From the NCBI GenBank assembly GCA_030324005.1, contig JARDVH010000163.1:56917054-56981053 (forward strand): a DNA stretch of 64,000 bases, read 5' to 3'. Shown in pieces: positions 39,553 to 53,329 of this stretch (the stretch's first letter is position 1; every line of letters starts with the position of its first letter). The notes under the pieces were generated by a model. It made no database searches, was not told the origin of the DNA, and saw only the letters and a list, made by a program, of their open reading frames with translations. A program made the position numbers and the translations under genes. Source of the DNA: Negaprion brevirostris. Lineage: Eukaryota.

Positions 39553-40050
39553 TTGGCTTTGGAGAGGATACTGAAAAGACTTACCAGGATGTTGCCAGGT
39601 AGGGAGGGCATTAGCGATGAGGAGAGATTGGAGAAACTCAGTTTGTTCTCACTGAAATGACGGAGATTGAGGGGCGATCTGATAGAAGTCTACAAGATTA
39701 TGAGAGGCATGGACAGAGTGGATAGTCAGAAGCTTTTTCCCAGTGTGGAAGAGTCAATTACTAGGAGGCATAGGTTTACTGTGTGAGGGATAAGTTTTAA
39801 AAGAGACGTATAAGGCAGATTTTTTTATACAGAGTGGTGGGTATCTGGAACTTGTTGCCAGGGGAGGTAGTAGAAGTGGATACGGTAATAACTTTTAAGG
39901 GGTGTCTTGACAAGTACATGAATGAGATGGGAATAGAGGAATATGATCCCTGGAAGGGTAGGGCGTTTTAGTTAAGTCGGGCAACATGGTCAGTGCAGAC
40001 TTGGAGGGCCGAAGTGCCTGTTCCTGTGCTGTAATTGTCTTTGTTCTTTG
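39553..40050 (+). mobile_element. CR1 LINE 3' fragment
   Basis: ALERILKRLTRMLPG..EERLEKL; 3' UTR GGGCCGAAGTGCCTGTTCCTGTGCTGTAA. Confidence 0.9.
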
Positions 40051-40859
40051 TCAGTAATTGGTGCTTGAGAAGCCAGCAATATGAGAGACTACTGATTGTT
40101 TCTGTAATGGTTTGACCACTGCATCCTTATTATAGATGACTGACACTTCTGACTTTGGATGTCTTTGGACTAGAATCAACTCAAATTACGTTAGAAAAAA
40201 TCCTCCAGAGTTGTTTTCTGTGCTTCACAATCATACATAATAGACGACAATGCTGGCAGGAAATACAAACTCTGGATGCATTATTCACATAACAGCCTTG
40301 CACATGGAGGCCTACCATGAAACAGGCATGAATAATTGCTTAAATTACTACAGAAAAACATTTTAAAATGCATAATGTAACCTATTCTGCACTTATTTCA
40401 GTTTTAAATCTTACGTGATTCAAAATCCTGCTGAACCATATGGCTTCTGCATTACCTCTCTGAATAAATCTAACCATGTACAGTGGACAGTTAGCATGGT
40501 ATTTTCTGTCTACATTTGTCTTTTTTTTCAATAATGAACAATGCATATGATCACCAATGTACTATACGCTTCCAGCGCAGAGTATTTAATACAATACAAT
40601 AGTGACTGCACTTCAAAGCTATCTCATAATGCAAGTTCTTTGTTTCCTTCCCTTTTGTCTTCACCTTTCACACTATTCTGAATGTGGAACATGTTAATGT
40701 TTCAGGCTTTAGGAAGCTTTGTCTATTTTGTTGTGAATGCAAAAGTGTCAGAAATGTTACTCATGCTAAATCATGAGAATAGTTGGGATAATGTGTCCAG
40801 GGACACATCTGTAATCCTGGGAGTGTGCATTCTACGCGTTACTTCATTTAAATTTAAGA

Positions 40860-40993
40860 TGAAAGCAAAGTACTGTGGATGCTGGAATCTGAAGCAAGAA
40901 CAGAAAATGCTGGCAAAGCTCAGCAGGTCTGACAGCATCTGTGAGAGACAGCAGAGCCAATGTTTTGAGTCTGGATGACTCTTCATCAGAACT
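40860..40993 (-). mobile_element. Penelope-like family B terminus
   Basis: Minus strand reads AGTTCTGATGAAGAGTCATCCAGACTCAAAACATT, a hammerhead-like motif with the GAAA box mutated. Confidence 0.75.
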
Positions 40994-40994
40994 G

Positions 40995-42195
40995 GTCTAT
41001 TTACAATCTATATTAATGACTTGGATGCAGGGATAGTAGGTACCATGGCCAAATTTGGGGATAACACAAAAATAGTTGGGATAGCAAGGTGCAATAATTA
41101 AATAAGAAATTTCAAATGGATATGGATAGGTTAAGTGAATGGAGCTAAATGTGGCATATGGAGTTTAATGTGGATAAGTGTGCAGTTATTCAGTTTGGTA
41201 GGAAAAATACACAGGCAAATTATCTAGAAATTATGGAGAAACTTCAGAATGCTTTGGTGCAGAAGGATCTGGGTGTCCTCATGCATGAATCACAGAAAGC
41301 TAGTATGCAGGTACAGCAGATGACAAAGAAGGCAAATGGAATCTTGGCATTTATTCCTAAAGGAATAGAATATAAAAGTAATGAAGTGTTTCTGCTACTG
41401 TACAAACCATTAGTGAGAGCGCACTTAGAATATTGTGTACAATTCTGGTCCACTTATTTGAGGGGGGATGTAGTTGCATTGGAGGCAGTTCAAAGGAAGT
41501 TCACTAGATTGATTCTGGATATGAGAAGCTTGTCTTATGAAGAGAGATTGGACAGGTTTTTTTAAACAGAGAGTAGTGGGTGCCTAGAACTTGTTGCCAG
41601 GGGAGATAGTGGAAGTGGATATGGTAGTGACTTTTAAGGGGCTTCTTGATAAGCACATGAACAGGATGGGAATAGAGGGATATGGTCCCCTAAAGGCTAG
41701 GAGGTTTTAGTTAAGTCGGGCATCATGGTCAGTGCAGGCTCAGAGGGTCGAAGGGCCTGTTCCTGCACTGTAATTTTCTTTTTAAGCCTATACTCCCTGG
41801 AGTTTAGAAGAATGAGAGGGAATCTAATTGAGATGTACAAGATAAGAGGGATTTACAAAGCGATGTGGAGAGGATGTTTTCTCTTGTAGGGAGATCTAGA
41901 AAGAGAAGTCATAGATTTCGGATAAGGGGTGGAAAATTTAAAGTAGGAATGAAGAGAAATTATTTCTATCACAGCATCCTGAGTCTGTGGAATTTACTAT
42001 CCAAGAGCATGGTGGATGCTGAGACTTTGGGTAAATTTAAGAAAGCAGTGGACTGATTTTTAATTAGTAAGGATTTGAAGGGTGAAAGTGAATGGGCAGG
42101 AAAGTGGAGTTGAGCCTGAGATGACATCACCATGGTTGTATTAAATGGTAGAGCAGGTTCAAGAGGCTATTCCTACTCATAGTTCTTACAATTCT
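40995..42195 (+). mobile_element. CR1 LINE 3' region with a second CR1 3' end nested at about 41555-41782
   Basis: WHMEFNVDKC, LYKPLVRAHLEYCVQFWS, LEAVQRKFTRLI; host sequence resumes after the insert. Confidence 0.88.
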
Positions 42196-45100
42196 TATGC
42201 GAAGTTGGCTCAAATCTGTCTCCACAGATGCTGTCAGACCTAAGATTTTCCAGTATTTTTGTTTTTTTGTTTCACTTGAACTTAGTTCTTTGCAAAATCT
42301 TGTGCACCACTCTCTATTGCGAAGTAACCAGGTCTGTGTCAATCATGTTCCAAAATATTATTGGAGCTCAACATTGGTGAGCTTGTAGCATCTGAGCAAT
42401 TTGAATCCATGTAAGTGCTCTCAAAGCTGAGTGCCATCTCTATACATTTTGGTTATGGAATGAGCTCAGCCATGGCTCTTCAAAGCTAATTAGATCAGAA
42501 TTAGTCTAATGATGTTTTGCAATATATCTCAGTTTCAATGTGAGGACTGTATTCTAAATCAGCTTCTCTTGAGGGATTTGTGCAAATCCCTAAAATCCTA
42601 CTGCTGTAATGCTGCAGACAAAGCCTATTTGTTGTAATTCAGTACATTACATATCCCACTGGTCTGGGTTCACATTCTGACATATCCTTGAAGAAAATAC
42701 TTTTAAAACCACAGTCCTGTGTGACCACCCAAAGTGTTAATCGGATGCCATCAATCAAGTTACATCGTGTATCCTTTTCTAAGGCATCAAACGTGGTTTG
42801 GTGGAATTCATTTTGGCCTCACTGCTGTGGCTTTTCTCATGGGTGAGCGTAGACAAACAAGGGATAAGGAAAAAAATGATCAAGTCTGAACAATTAAGAA
42901 GAATTGCTGAAATATGCATGCATATATGTCGATATATTACATATCATTAAGTTGTACATTAAGGTTCATGATCTGGAAGTGACTTGAAAACTTGAGGTAA
43001 TGGTTAAGCCTAGTTGGATCTGCTGAATGCAAGGGTAACAATATTATCTTGGAAAGTTCAATAGACAGGATGAACAGTCATTGAAGTTTTGCTGCTGGCA
43101 TTCTTTATAGATTTTTTGGAAACAATAACAGCAATATTTGACAAGCTACTTCCTTTTGACTTTCTCAGTTATGCCCTGTTGGATTGAGTGTTCTTGATAT
43201 TCTTGCGTAATGTGATTTGGTGAGAATCCTAACCCACGTGGCCTTCAGAAGCTGTTGCAGCTGATGATAGACTTGTGTCCCGACTTTCACATTTTAAAGA
43301 TGCCATCGTTCAGGAATGAAATTAAAGTGTCATGCTTGGCTTTTCTTTTCAGTTGTGCTGAATTGTCATGAATTTCACTTACCCCCTCGTCGTAATTCAA
43401 AATAACCTAAGGCTTTATGATTCATATAGAAGGGAGAAAAAGGAGCTTAGCTTGTGAACTGGGATTTACATGTTCACCTAAGACACATGAAACAAGTGGC
43501 TGTTCTATTCACAAATGTGAAACTTGCTGCTATGTCAGATATGGTTCTGAAGATATCAATTTTACTGTTGTACAATGAAATGATTTATTTGTACATTCAA
43601 AGTCCCCATTACAAATCAAAAATATTCATGTCCATAGCTATTATAATGGTTTGATTACATAAGTATGGAAATAAAACCTCTATATTTTAACACAGTAATG
43701 TTCTGTGATTTTAGTTACGTTCATTCTATGCAGGTGATAATGAAAATTGTTGCATTTATTTAGTGCCATTGTATCTTTTTGCAGCCTTTGGTTTAACATG
43801 GGACCTCTATCAATGCAGCACTTCAAGTGTTAGCCTGGTGTAGGTGCTCACCTACTCACTCAGGTGAAAGCGCTCATTTCATTACCAGCTCTTTCTATGC
43901 ATACCATCCTGTTTATTGCTCACCTTCTTCTCTCCTGGCTGTAATTTCCTTTTGTTCTAACAATGATATGGTTTCACTGAGGTCAAGCTGGAAGGATAGT
44001 ACACGACTGAACTCAAAGAAAATAGTAATTATGCTAACTTTGACAAAGCGTCCCTATCTATAATTATAAATAGTCAGTCTCCAGTATTTGGAGATTGTAA
44101 TAGTTCATGTGTTGTTTGGGGTGATGGTCCCCATGAGAACTAAGTTTCTCTGACTGCTTATTATAAACAGTCACTTGCTTCCAGTAATTGAGATTATGTG
44201 ACCAAGCTGCCTTGGAAGATGACCAATAGGGATTAAAAAAAGTCAACCAGAAGGTAAGCATAAGGATTAGGTCTTTTTTTTTGGATGTGATTTGTTGTTC
44301 CAGTGATTTACTGTTTAGTGTTATTTTAGAATAAGCCGAGAATAAGAAGCATCATCTCCAAAAAGAGTTCAGTTGAAATTCTGTGGGCTGGCTAAGAGTA
44401 TAAAATTGTTGCTTCCTAAAGGACTCCACTAACAATGAGTTGGACCTCCTGGAATAGATGAACCAAAAAGAGAGAGGCAGAGTTTTAGATGTGACCATCC
44501 AGAGTTAGAACCAGGAGCATTCTTTCCTGAGANNNNNNNNNNGAGATGGCTACGTTTAAAACTCTAATAATACCTTTGCTGAACTAGAAGTTAACAACTG
44601 TGGAATGATTGGGGGGAAATTGATTGAAAGGAAAACTTTACCAGAAGTAAGCAAAAAGCCCAACAAATCTAACCGTTATGCAAATCTTTGAAACAATACT
44701 CAGACTAAATTGTTAATCTTCTAAGTTCTAATAAGTATCTGACCTGAGCACATTGAGGATGTCAGTCAAATGCATGCAGAAGGAAAGTTGCATAGTTTAA
44801 ATTTTAGGTAACTCAACTCATTTCATTTTTAATGTAACTGATTATTTAAGATAGTGCAGCTATTAGATATTTTTATGCAGTAAAAATATTTTGTTTAAAT
44901 CATGAACCTTTTGGCTTAATTATTTTATTTGGATCATCCAGCAAATCCCACATCTCTTGAATATACATTTTACAAAGTTTAAAACCAAAAAAGTCATTCT
45001 CATAATTACACACAGTTTGTGCGATATTAGTGCATATCAAAACTATGCTTAAGAACCTTGCAAAGGAATGCTCCCTAGTCACAAATATCATGGTGTCCAG

Positions 45101-46149
45101 ATCAGTGAAGATTGGACTTAATTTGAAAGATACATGTCAGGACTGGAACTCTAAAGCGCACAAATGCGTCAAAATTGCCCAGGAAGTTTAAACTTCAAAA
45201 GGAGCTGATTTATGCTGCCCTGAACCCTCCATGAGTCTTCAACACTGAGCTCAGTATCAGGGACTTNNNNNNNNNNNNNNNNNNNNNNNNNNNNNNNNNN
45301 NNNNNNNNNNNNNNNNNNNNNNNNNNNNNNNNNNNNNNNNNNNNNNNNNNNNNNNNNNNNNNNNNNCTCAGTATCAGGGACTTGGGCTGAATAGGCAAAA
45401 TTTTCCTGCGTACTTACCCTGGAAATGTTACAATGTTTAACATAAAGGTCTTGTCAAGCTAACACAGAACATTTACCAAGTCTGCTGAGGTGAGAGAAAT
45501 ACTGACTTTAAAAAGCAATTTACTGCAGCTTCATCTTGCCATAAGGCTCAACAAGAGAGAGCAAGATCATGTGACATCACATCACTTTGCATATTACAGA
45601 GTTAGAATTAACTCCTTATACTGCAGATAATATCTGGTCCAATGATGCAGCACTGAGTCAAAATCCTGGAACTCCTGAACAAAATCCTGAATTGAACCAC
45701 TCATTACTGTTTTTGGGGCCTGCTTATGCACAAAGGACTGCTTTCCATCGTGTTAAACGAGTGATGCCATTTTTGTAAACTTATCCATCAATTGAGAAAC
45801 ACTTTGTTTACAAAGTTTGAAGTTCTTTCTTTTTGAACACATTGACAATAATCACTCCCCTTTGCAATTCCAACCATTCTTCCCACTGATTTTTAAGCAA
45901 GAGTCCCAGAATTGGATTTCTGATCTAAAAAAATTCAAAAACTATTTGAAGAAAACTTTTCATTTGCAATTTTCCATTAGCTGAAATGGGAAAAATACAT
46001 CCCATTCACTGTACCTACTTATACTGCTGTGTGTTTATTAGGTTTGATCCTGCCTTTGAAATCACCAGCCTTGTTCAGTTTACAACCCAGTCTCAGACAG
46101 CCTATGCACTAAAGTCATTATTTCTTCAGTAAGAGGTGGACCGAGTGTA

Positions 46150-46272
46150 ACTGGCAAGGTGGAACTAACTGCAAGTAGTAATGCACGGACATGTCAGCCT
46201 TGATTATTTGCCCTGGAACTAGAGTGGGATTGAATTCACTGCCTCTAACTCAGAGTCGAGAACGCCGCCACG
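46150..46272 (-). mobile_element. Ancient Deu-SINE-type tRNA head remnant
   Basis: Minus strand GTGGCGGCGTTCTCGACTCTGAGTTAGAGGCAGTGAATTCAATCCCACTC resembles the recalled SacSINE1-type head. Confidence 0.5.
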
Positions 46273-49200
46273 ACGTCAAGTTAATACACGGCTCATGAAA
46301 AATGTAATTCACTGGATCAAGACTGGAATCCAAAATGTAACCTCACTCACCTTAACACACTTGCACATATCTCTCCCCAAGCGACCCAAGCTTTGCCAGA
46401 GGGACATCACCCATTTCCCATACAAAAGCGGAGCCATTTTGAGAACGGTGCTGCATGCAAAAGAATCAGCATCTCTTCAACCAAATGGGAACTGTGAATG
46501 AAATCTCAATTCTTCAATAACAATATTAAAGTAGAAAGAAAAGCAGTTGAGGAATGACAGGTTACGACTAAATGGACAGAATTACATTAGGTTTCTTAAA
46601 CCAGTCAGATTNNNNNNNNNNNNNNNNNNNNNNNNNNNNNNNNNNNNNNNNNNNNNGTAGATAAGAGACGATTCAATGTGTACAGCTTTAAAATAATTAG
46701 TATGGGAACAATAGGCCAACTGAGACTCATAAGTGGGCAACTATAGCCCACACGAGGGTATCATCTTACTGCTGCCAGGATTTAACTGACATTGGAAGAG
46801 GCCCTCACCAAGCAGCCAGCCCAGCAGGTTTCCCAGCAAGGGGGCTGATGGATGGGGCTGGTTCCATTCTAAATGGATCTTCTGAGCTCTTTAGAAACCC
46901 CTGCCTAATTGTTACCCTCACCAACCCTCCCCCGACCTCACTGCCAGTGCTTCTCAAACCCTGTCCCCGCCCCACCCTCAAACACTTGTGATGCGATCCA
47001 GCACAGCTTACACCCCCAAGAAGTACCCGCAATGACCACTGTTCCTGGTGGCACTAGCGTACAGCACAGCTGCAGGTAGCCGTTTGTTCTCCAGCCAGAT
47101 GCCATCCCCATTTCCCAACCTGGCATTTTAGTTGGGGAGGGGAGGGGTCAGGCAGACAATGGCATCCATTAAAACCCTCTCACCCTGCTAATGGAGAGGG
47201 CAATCTAGGAATGAATGAAGGAAAATATTGGCATAACTCTTAGCCATGAAGCTATTGGGTTGTATGACCAAAAAGGCGTAGCTCGCTGATCTAAGTTTAC
47301 TCTACAAAGTATGGATGAGATTCCATTGGTAATCTGGTAGTTCAGTTATATGAAGCTGATATTTGGGCTTAAGAAAGTACAAAGATCAGCAGTAAATGGT
47401 GACTATGAGCATCAGGAATTTTAGTTCAGACACAGGCAAAGCAAAGAAAATTTGAGCTTGTTTCCTTTGGAAAAGAGAAAATTACGAAGGGGCCTGACTG
47501 AAATTTCAAAGCGTTGCATGGGGAATTTTTTAAAAAATTGATTTAGCACATTGTTCACCAAAATGAAGGGATCATTTTTAATAAAAGTTTAACAAAATAA
47601 GAGAGGGGAGAATTCTCTGGGCCTTCCACAAACATGTTTCTCACAGCAGGAGGGGGCACGCCATTCACCATTGGTGGGATCTTACGGTCCCATCACTGTC
47701 AATGAGATTTTCCATTGAATCCACCCCACGTTGCCGGCGCAGCCCACAGCACGGGTGTGCCTTTGGCTGAGTCAGAAGATCCTACCGACATAAACAAACA
47801 GCCAGGAAGTGAGGTAGAACCTTTTCATCCCAACTATATGGAATTGTTGAATAAAAGCCATCAAAACAAGTCATAAAAATGGATTTGATAAACAAATTTA
47901 ATAGATAGTGGAAGGCAGTTCTGGCAAGGAATGGAGGAATTCCAAGGACAAATATGATTGATTCAGGGTAAAGGACAAACTAATTTAAACATAATGCTTA
48001 CAGTTTTTACCTGTTCTACGTCACTCGGCCTTTTCAATTTTACCTCAATATGTACAATGAATAAAAAGTGTTGAAAAGTATATGTTGGAATTAAGAAGTA
48101 CCTTCATTGCTCAAAGCTCCTGTGAACTTGATTTATATTGTACAATCCTGTAAAAAAGATACATATCCACGCAGCAAAGTTAATACTCATGTGGACCATG
48201 AGTAATGGTCAACATATATTGAAGCACAAAACAAAGCGAGGCAACTGCATTTTGGAATCCTCCTTCTGACTCCCAATCCCATGGCAGAAAAATCAATTGG
48301 ATTTAGGTTTAATGATTATGAGTATTGAATTTATTCATTAAAGGCTCGTCTTTGCTTCACGAAAGCATGCTTGGGAGGTCAGAAAGAAAACCATCACACA
48401 ACCTCATATAACAGTTTTCAAGGCCAGATCAATTTGGCTTTAATAAGATATTGACCCACATAGACATGACAGAATAGCCATTAATTTTCAATGGGATTTG
48501 TTTGAACTGTTTGTGTGATTTATTCAGAAAGATCAACTTCATCAGCAAAAGATGGCTTTGCCTTTCATCCATCATCTCTGCAACAGTTCGAAGGAAGAAA
48601 TCTAGATCTGAAATATCAAAAAAGACAGCAATTTTAATTCAGATGGAGGGGAGATTGAAACATCAATTGAAAAGAAAAGGCTGAGAATCAGGAAGAAGAT
48701 AGACTGGAATTTCAATTGGAAAATGGGAAAACAGGAACTTAATTAAAATAGGAAAGGAACCCAAGTTCGGAAACTCAAATTTAAATTCAAAGTCCATTCC
48801 ATTTTCTCCACTCTGATTCCCCTGCCCCCATTCTAATCTCATGTCTTTTTCCTCAAGTCCTGAAGCTGATTACACATCTGAATAGCTTATTCAAGTTCAC
48901 TGCCTCTCTAAAGCAAGATAACCTGTAGGTTATGATATGACTCTTAGAGGCTCTTTAATTAAATGTTTAAAAAAATTAATGAAGGAGAAGAACTAAATCA
49001 GTATTTCCTAGAAGACTTGCTTCTCAGAGTCAGCCTTGCCTTGAAGTAATTGAAAGTGTTGCAATGTAGTGTGAACACAGAAAATTACCTTTCTTTGAAC
49101 TGGCCTTGTCTCATAACTTCAATTGTCTACATATTTCCAAGTCACCTTTAGAGTATTGAAGTGTGATCTCCATCTGAAGATAAACTGAAGATTTTGATAG

Positions 49201-49329
49201 AATAAGTTCATCATTATCTTGAGACTGAAAAATAAATGATTCACTGCTGCAATATATACTAATTAGAAAGCAAAATTTAAAGTATTTAATTTTTGAAACG
49301 ATGACAGCGATTGATACTTATTGAAGTAA

Positions 49330-49530
49330 AGTCATCATAGTCCCAGATGACCATGCTCTCCTTTTTGAGAGAGAGCTGACTGGTGCTGATTTAACCTGAG
49401 GATCGCCACACCTCAGGCAAGGGGGAAGGTTGGGAAGTTGAAGCCTTCTTGGATAACCTCAGCCCAGTATAGGAATTGAACCTATTCTGTTAGCATTACT
49501 CTGCATCACTCACCAGCCATTCAGCCAACA
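49330..49530 (-). mobile_element. Short tRNA-headed SINE-like element with two internal hairpins
   Basis: B-box GGTTCAATTCC on the minus strand; stems CCTGAGG..CCTCAGG and CTCTC..GAGAG. Confidence 0.6.
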
Positions 49531-49759
49531 CACTGCAGATCAAAATTCACAAAATTGCACATTCAAAGTCATTGATCCCACATGTGAAGATGCCAATAAC
49601 TCATATTGAAATACAAAGAGGATTTTCCAGGCTCGGTCGCCGCAGAGCCAATCCCATTATGGCCGGAAACTCTCACGGGAAAACCATAATGGGATTTATG
49701 TCATAATGAGATCTTACCTGCCCCTGCTGCCAGCGACATGATCTGGGCGTGAATGTGAT

Positions 49760-49920
49760 TTTTTTTTATTCAGTCGTGGGATATGGGTGTTGCTGGCTGG
49801 TCAGCATTTATTGCCCATCCCTAGTTACCCTTGGAAGGCAGTTGAGAGTCAACCACATTGCTGTGGACTCTGGAATCACATGAAGGCCAGATCGAGTAAG
49901 AACAGCGGATTTCCTTCCCT
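49760..49920 (-). mobile_element. SINE-like element sharing its body with 54370-54460 and its tail with the LINE end at 56405-56447
   Basis: Direct comparison within the window; A-rich end at 49758-49770; head lost in the gap. Confidence 0.7.
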
Positions 49921-50922
49921 NNNNNNNNNNNNNNNNNNNNNNNNNNNNNNNNNNNNNNNNNNNNNNNNNNNNNNNNNNNNNNNNNNNNNNNNNNNNNNNN
50001 NNNNNNNNNNNNNNNNNNNNTTCCCTAAAGGGCATTTGAATGGATTTCAATGAATTAACAAACATCTGATTAAACAGCTTAATGTCACGTCTTCCAGTGA
50101 TGTCAGATGTTCCCAAAGTGATGCAGCGCAGCCGGGATTCACTACCACTCTGCAGCAATGGAAGTGAACAGGCCCAGGGCACAGAGGTGAGCGTAGCCCC
50201 CAGGTAGTCAGAGTAATGGCTGGCAACTGTGTAATGCCTGTGTGGTTCGGGACGGAGGGGCTGACCCAAACCTTCAGTGCTGTTTGGATTTGGGTTCCAC
50301 CCCTTGCTTGCAGGGTGTCTCATGTCTGTGTTGTGGTTGGAGGGGATGGGAGGGTTGCCTGTCTCTTCACTTTGAGCTCAGCATGCCCCAATCTCTTTGC
50401 AGCCAGGCTTGCTGGCATCTTTAGGTCCTGCTCCTCAGGTATGATGGCCCAAAACACACTCCCCTGCTTCTTTCTGACAAAGTGCCCGGAGATGTGGAAA
50501 GAAAACCCGACTGGGAAAAACATACCGGTTTTCAGTCACAAACTGACATTTTGCCATGTTAAGGGAAAATTCCACCCAGAACAAACATACAAAACATCCT
50601 AGGCTGCTTTACAGAGCAATAAGAGGAACAGAACACTGAGACAGAGGACAGAGTTGAAGAGATACAACTGAACGCTTGGGAAAAAGAATAGGTTTAAAGA
50701 GAACATCAAAGAAGGAGAAAAAGGCAGAAGCGTTGAGGGAGGCACCTCCGGAGAGTACAATCTAGGCAAATAAATGCTCTCACCATGGTGTAAAATAGGA
50801 GGGCAATCAAAATAACAAAGTAAGAGGAAGATTCGGTCTGCAGAACTCACTGTGCAGTGGCAAGACGGTTTTGAAGAAGAGAACATGAATGGTAAATTTA
50901 ATGCATCGTCGTGGGAAAGGCC

Positions 50923-51060
50923 AGTGCCTCACACTGCCAGGCTTGAGTCATTGTCTGTGGGCAGTTGCACATTCTCCCCATGTCTGTATGGGTTTCCTCC
51001 CACAGTCTGAAAAGACGTGCGAGTTAGGTGCATTGGTCAATTCTCCCTCAGCGTACCCAA
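50923..51060 (+). mobile_element. Deleted V-SINE fragment
   Basis: V core TTGCACATTCTCCCCATGTCTG. Confidence 0.7.
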
Positions 51061-52869
51061 ACATTTAAACATGTATTTTTGAAAACATATTATGTTCTGT
51101 ATTAAAAGCATATACCTTGGCTCATAACACACTACTCTAAGGCATGATGGGATGTCGGCAAGTAAAACAAATCACATTGTTCAGAACAATGCAGCTATTG
51201 AGGGAAGAGAAAGGCAGTTCTTATTAGTGTCTTTACATGACACTAATGAATAGAATTTTCACTAGCCAAGGACAGTGCTAGAGATGTCAGACAGGTCAAT
51301 GAATAGATTATACATTACAACAGATAGGATGGTCTAGGGGATGTTATGAGATTGTGAGATAGACTCTCAAAGTCCACAAACTCACCATATTTCCATGTTG
51401 TCAGAGGGTAAATGTTATTGGCCAAGTTAAATAATCCATATAATAATGATTGGCTCATACCTGGCTGGGGTGAGCAGGGGGATGGAGTGATTTGAAACTG
51501 CCTTAAATCTCTCTCCTTCATATGTTGACCAGACCTGGAAAATAAAGAAACGTCTTTTGCCAGAATATTGTCACTGTGAGTCTTTATGTTAGCTGAGCCG
51601 CAATTAAGTGAAAGCCAGTTTAAAACTGAACCTCTGGAAAAAACTCCAACAGACATTAATAAATAAACTTCAAAATTTTAAAAAACTTTCCAAGTGCATT
51701 ACCTCATGCTTCTCTAGACTGGATTCTATTTGGCATTTTTTTGCCTACTACAGTCATCCTGCAGTCTACAGCTTTCTTCCTCACGAATCAACCACATGAC
51801 CAATTTTTGTATCATCTAAAACTTCCTAATCATACCCCCTAATTTTAAGTGTAAATTGTTGATGCGTACAACATAAAAGTAAGGGGAACCTGGAGTTACC
51901 CCGGTCAAATTCCTTTGGAAACAATAGGTGGGATTCTCCAACCCTGCTCACCTGAAAACTAGAGATTCCCACTTGACTTCAATGGACCTTTACTTGGTAT
52001 TTCTGGGAGCATGTTTATTCTCAACCTATTCCACCCCCTCCTCAAGCAATCAGATTTTCCGACAGCTCTCCAGCTAGGCATGAATCAGATTTTTGGCCTC
52101 GCACGCTTTCCCAGCTTCACACTTTGATTGAATGGCAGAGTCAGCTGGTAAGATCATGCCTGTAAATGTTGGTGGAGGAGAAGGGTAAATTTTTAATCAT
52201 TTGGATTCATAAACAGAATGCAGACTCAAACTTGTAGCTGATCCTAAATGACGATTGCAGGAAGTCAGAGGAATTAATGATGCGGAAAATATTGATATTG
52301 AAACCTCCAACCTCACCTGCTGATTGCTGTCAATCACTGAATGAACAATAGACAAGGTTCTATTCCAATGGAGAAAGTGGAAACATTAGCTGTTCATATT
52401 TCTTTCTATCTTGAACACTTTTTCCCCTTGTCCAGTCTCGTCTGTGGAGGAATTTTCCAGCCAAACGCACCCTAAGGCCGGAAATTGCTGCCTGAGGTCA
52501 ATGGGTCTTCATGTGGTCCGCCAAATTTTCTGTCCCACCCACTATGATTCCCATTGCGGGACAGGACAGGAGAATTCCATTCCGGACCTATATCACTAAC
52601 TTCCCATGTTCTCCTCCAATTCAATAGATTCCTGTTTCCCGGATCTAATCATGTCCTTGTCATAATGGAGATCCAATCCCCCTGCACCTCCACCAGCCTG
52701 CCACCAGGAAAGTCCAAGGCCTCTCCACTGCTTCCCCAAACAGAAGCCCAACCAGGCTCTATCCAGCACCACACCCCTCCTCCACCTCGCTGAACACATA
52801 TTTATGTTGCACTTCGCCTTCAGTTCCACTCACTTCCTCCTCATAAAAAGGGTGTAAGAACGGGTAAGA

Positions 52870-53280
52870 TTCATAAGAATATAAGAACATAAGAAATAGG
52901 AGCAGGAGTCGGCCATCCAGCCCTTCGAGCCTGCCCTGCCATTCAATAAGATCATGGNNNNNNNNNNNNNNNNNNNNNNNNNNNNNNNNNNNNNNNNNNN
53001 NNNNNNNNNNNNNNNNNNNNNNNNNNNNNNNNNNNNNNNNNNNNNNNNNNNNNNNNNTCCTTCCTAAACACTTGATACCCCTGGACATTCAGCTCCCAGT
53101 CCCTGTCACCTTGCAGCCACGTCTCTGTAATGGCTACCAGATCATATCCATTAGTGCTGATCTGCGCCACCAGCTCATCCACTTTATTTCGAATGCTTCG
53201 CACATTCAGATAAAGTGCCTTCATCCCAGCCTTCACCTGGACCCTATTTGCCATAACGCCACCAACCCTACTCACACCCC
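52870..53280 (-). mobile_element. CR1 LINE: 3' tail and endonuclease start either side of a gap
   Basis: LYLNVRSIRNKVDELVAQI..DLVAITETWL (APE motif). The (CATAAGAA)-type tail lies at about 52872-52895. The 100-N gap probably hides most of a young element. Confidence 0.85.
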
Positions 53281-53329
53281 CTACTCCCTCCTAGCTGAGT
53301 CATAGAAAAAGACCCTTGCCACAATGTCC

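Noticed and set aside
45246-45383. CTCAGTATCAGGGACTT on both sides of a 100-N gap; similar duplication around 26066-26165
   Set aside because: Typical unmerged contig overlap, not a biological repeat.
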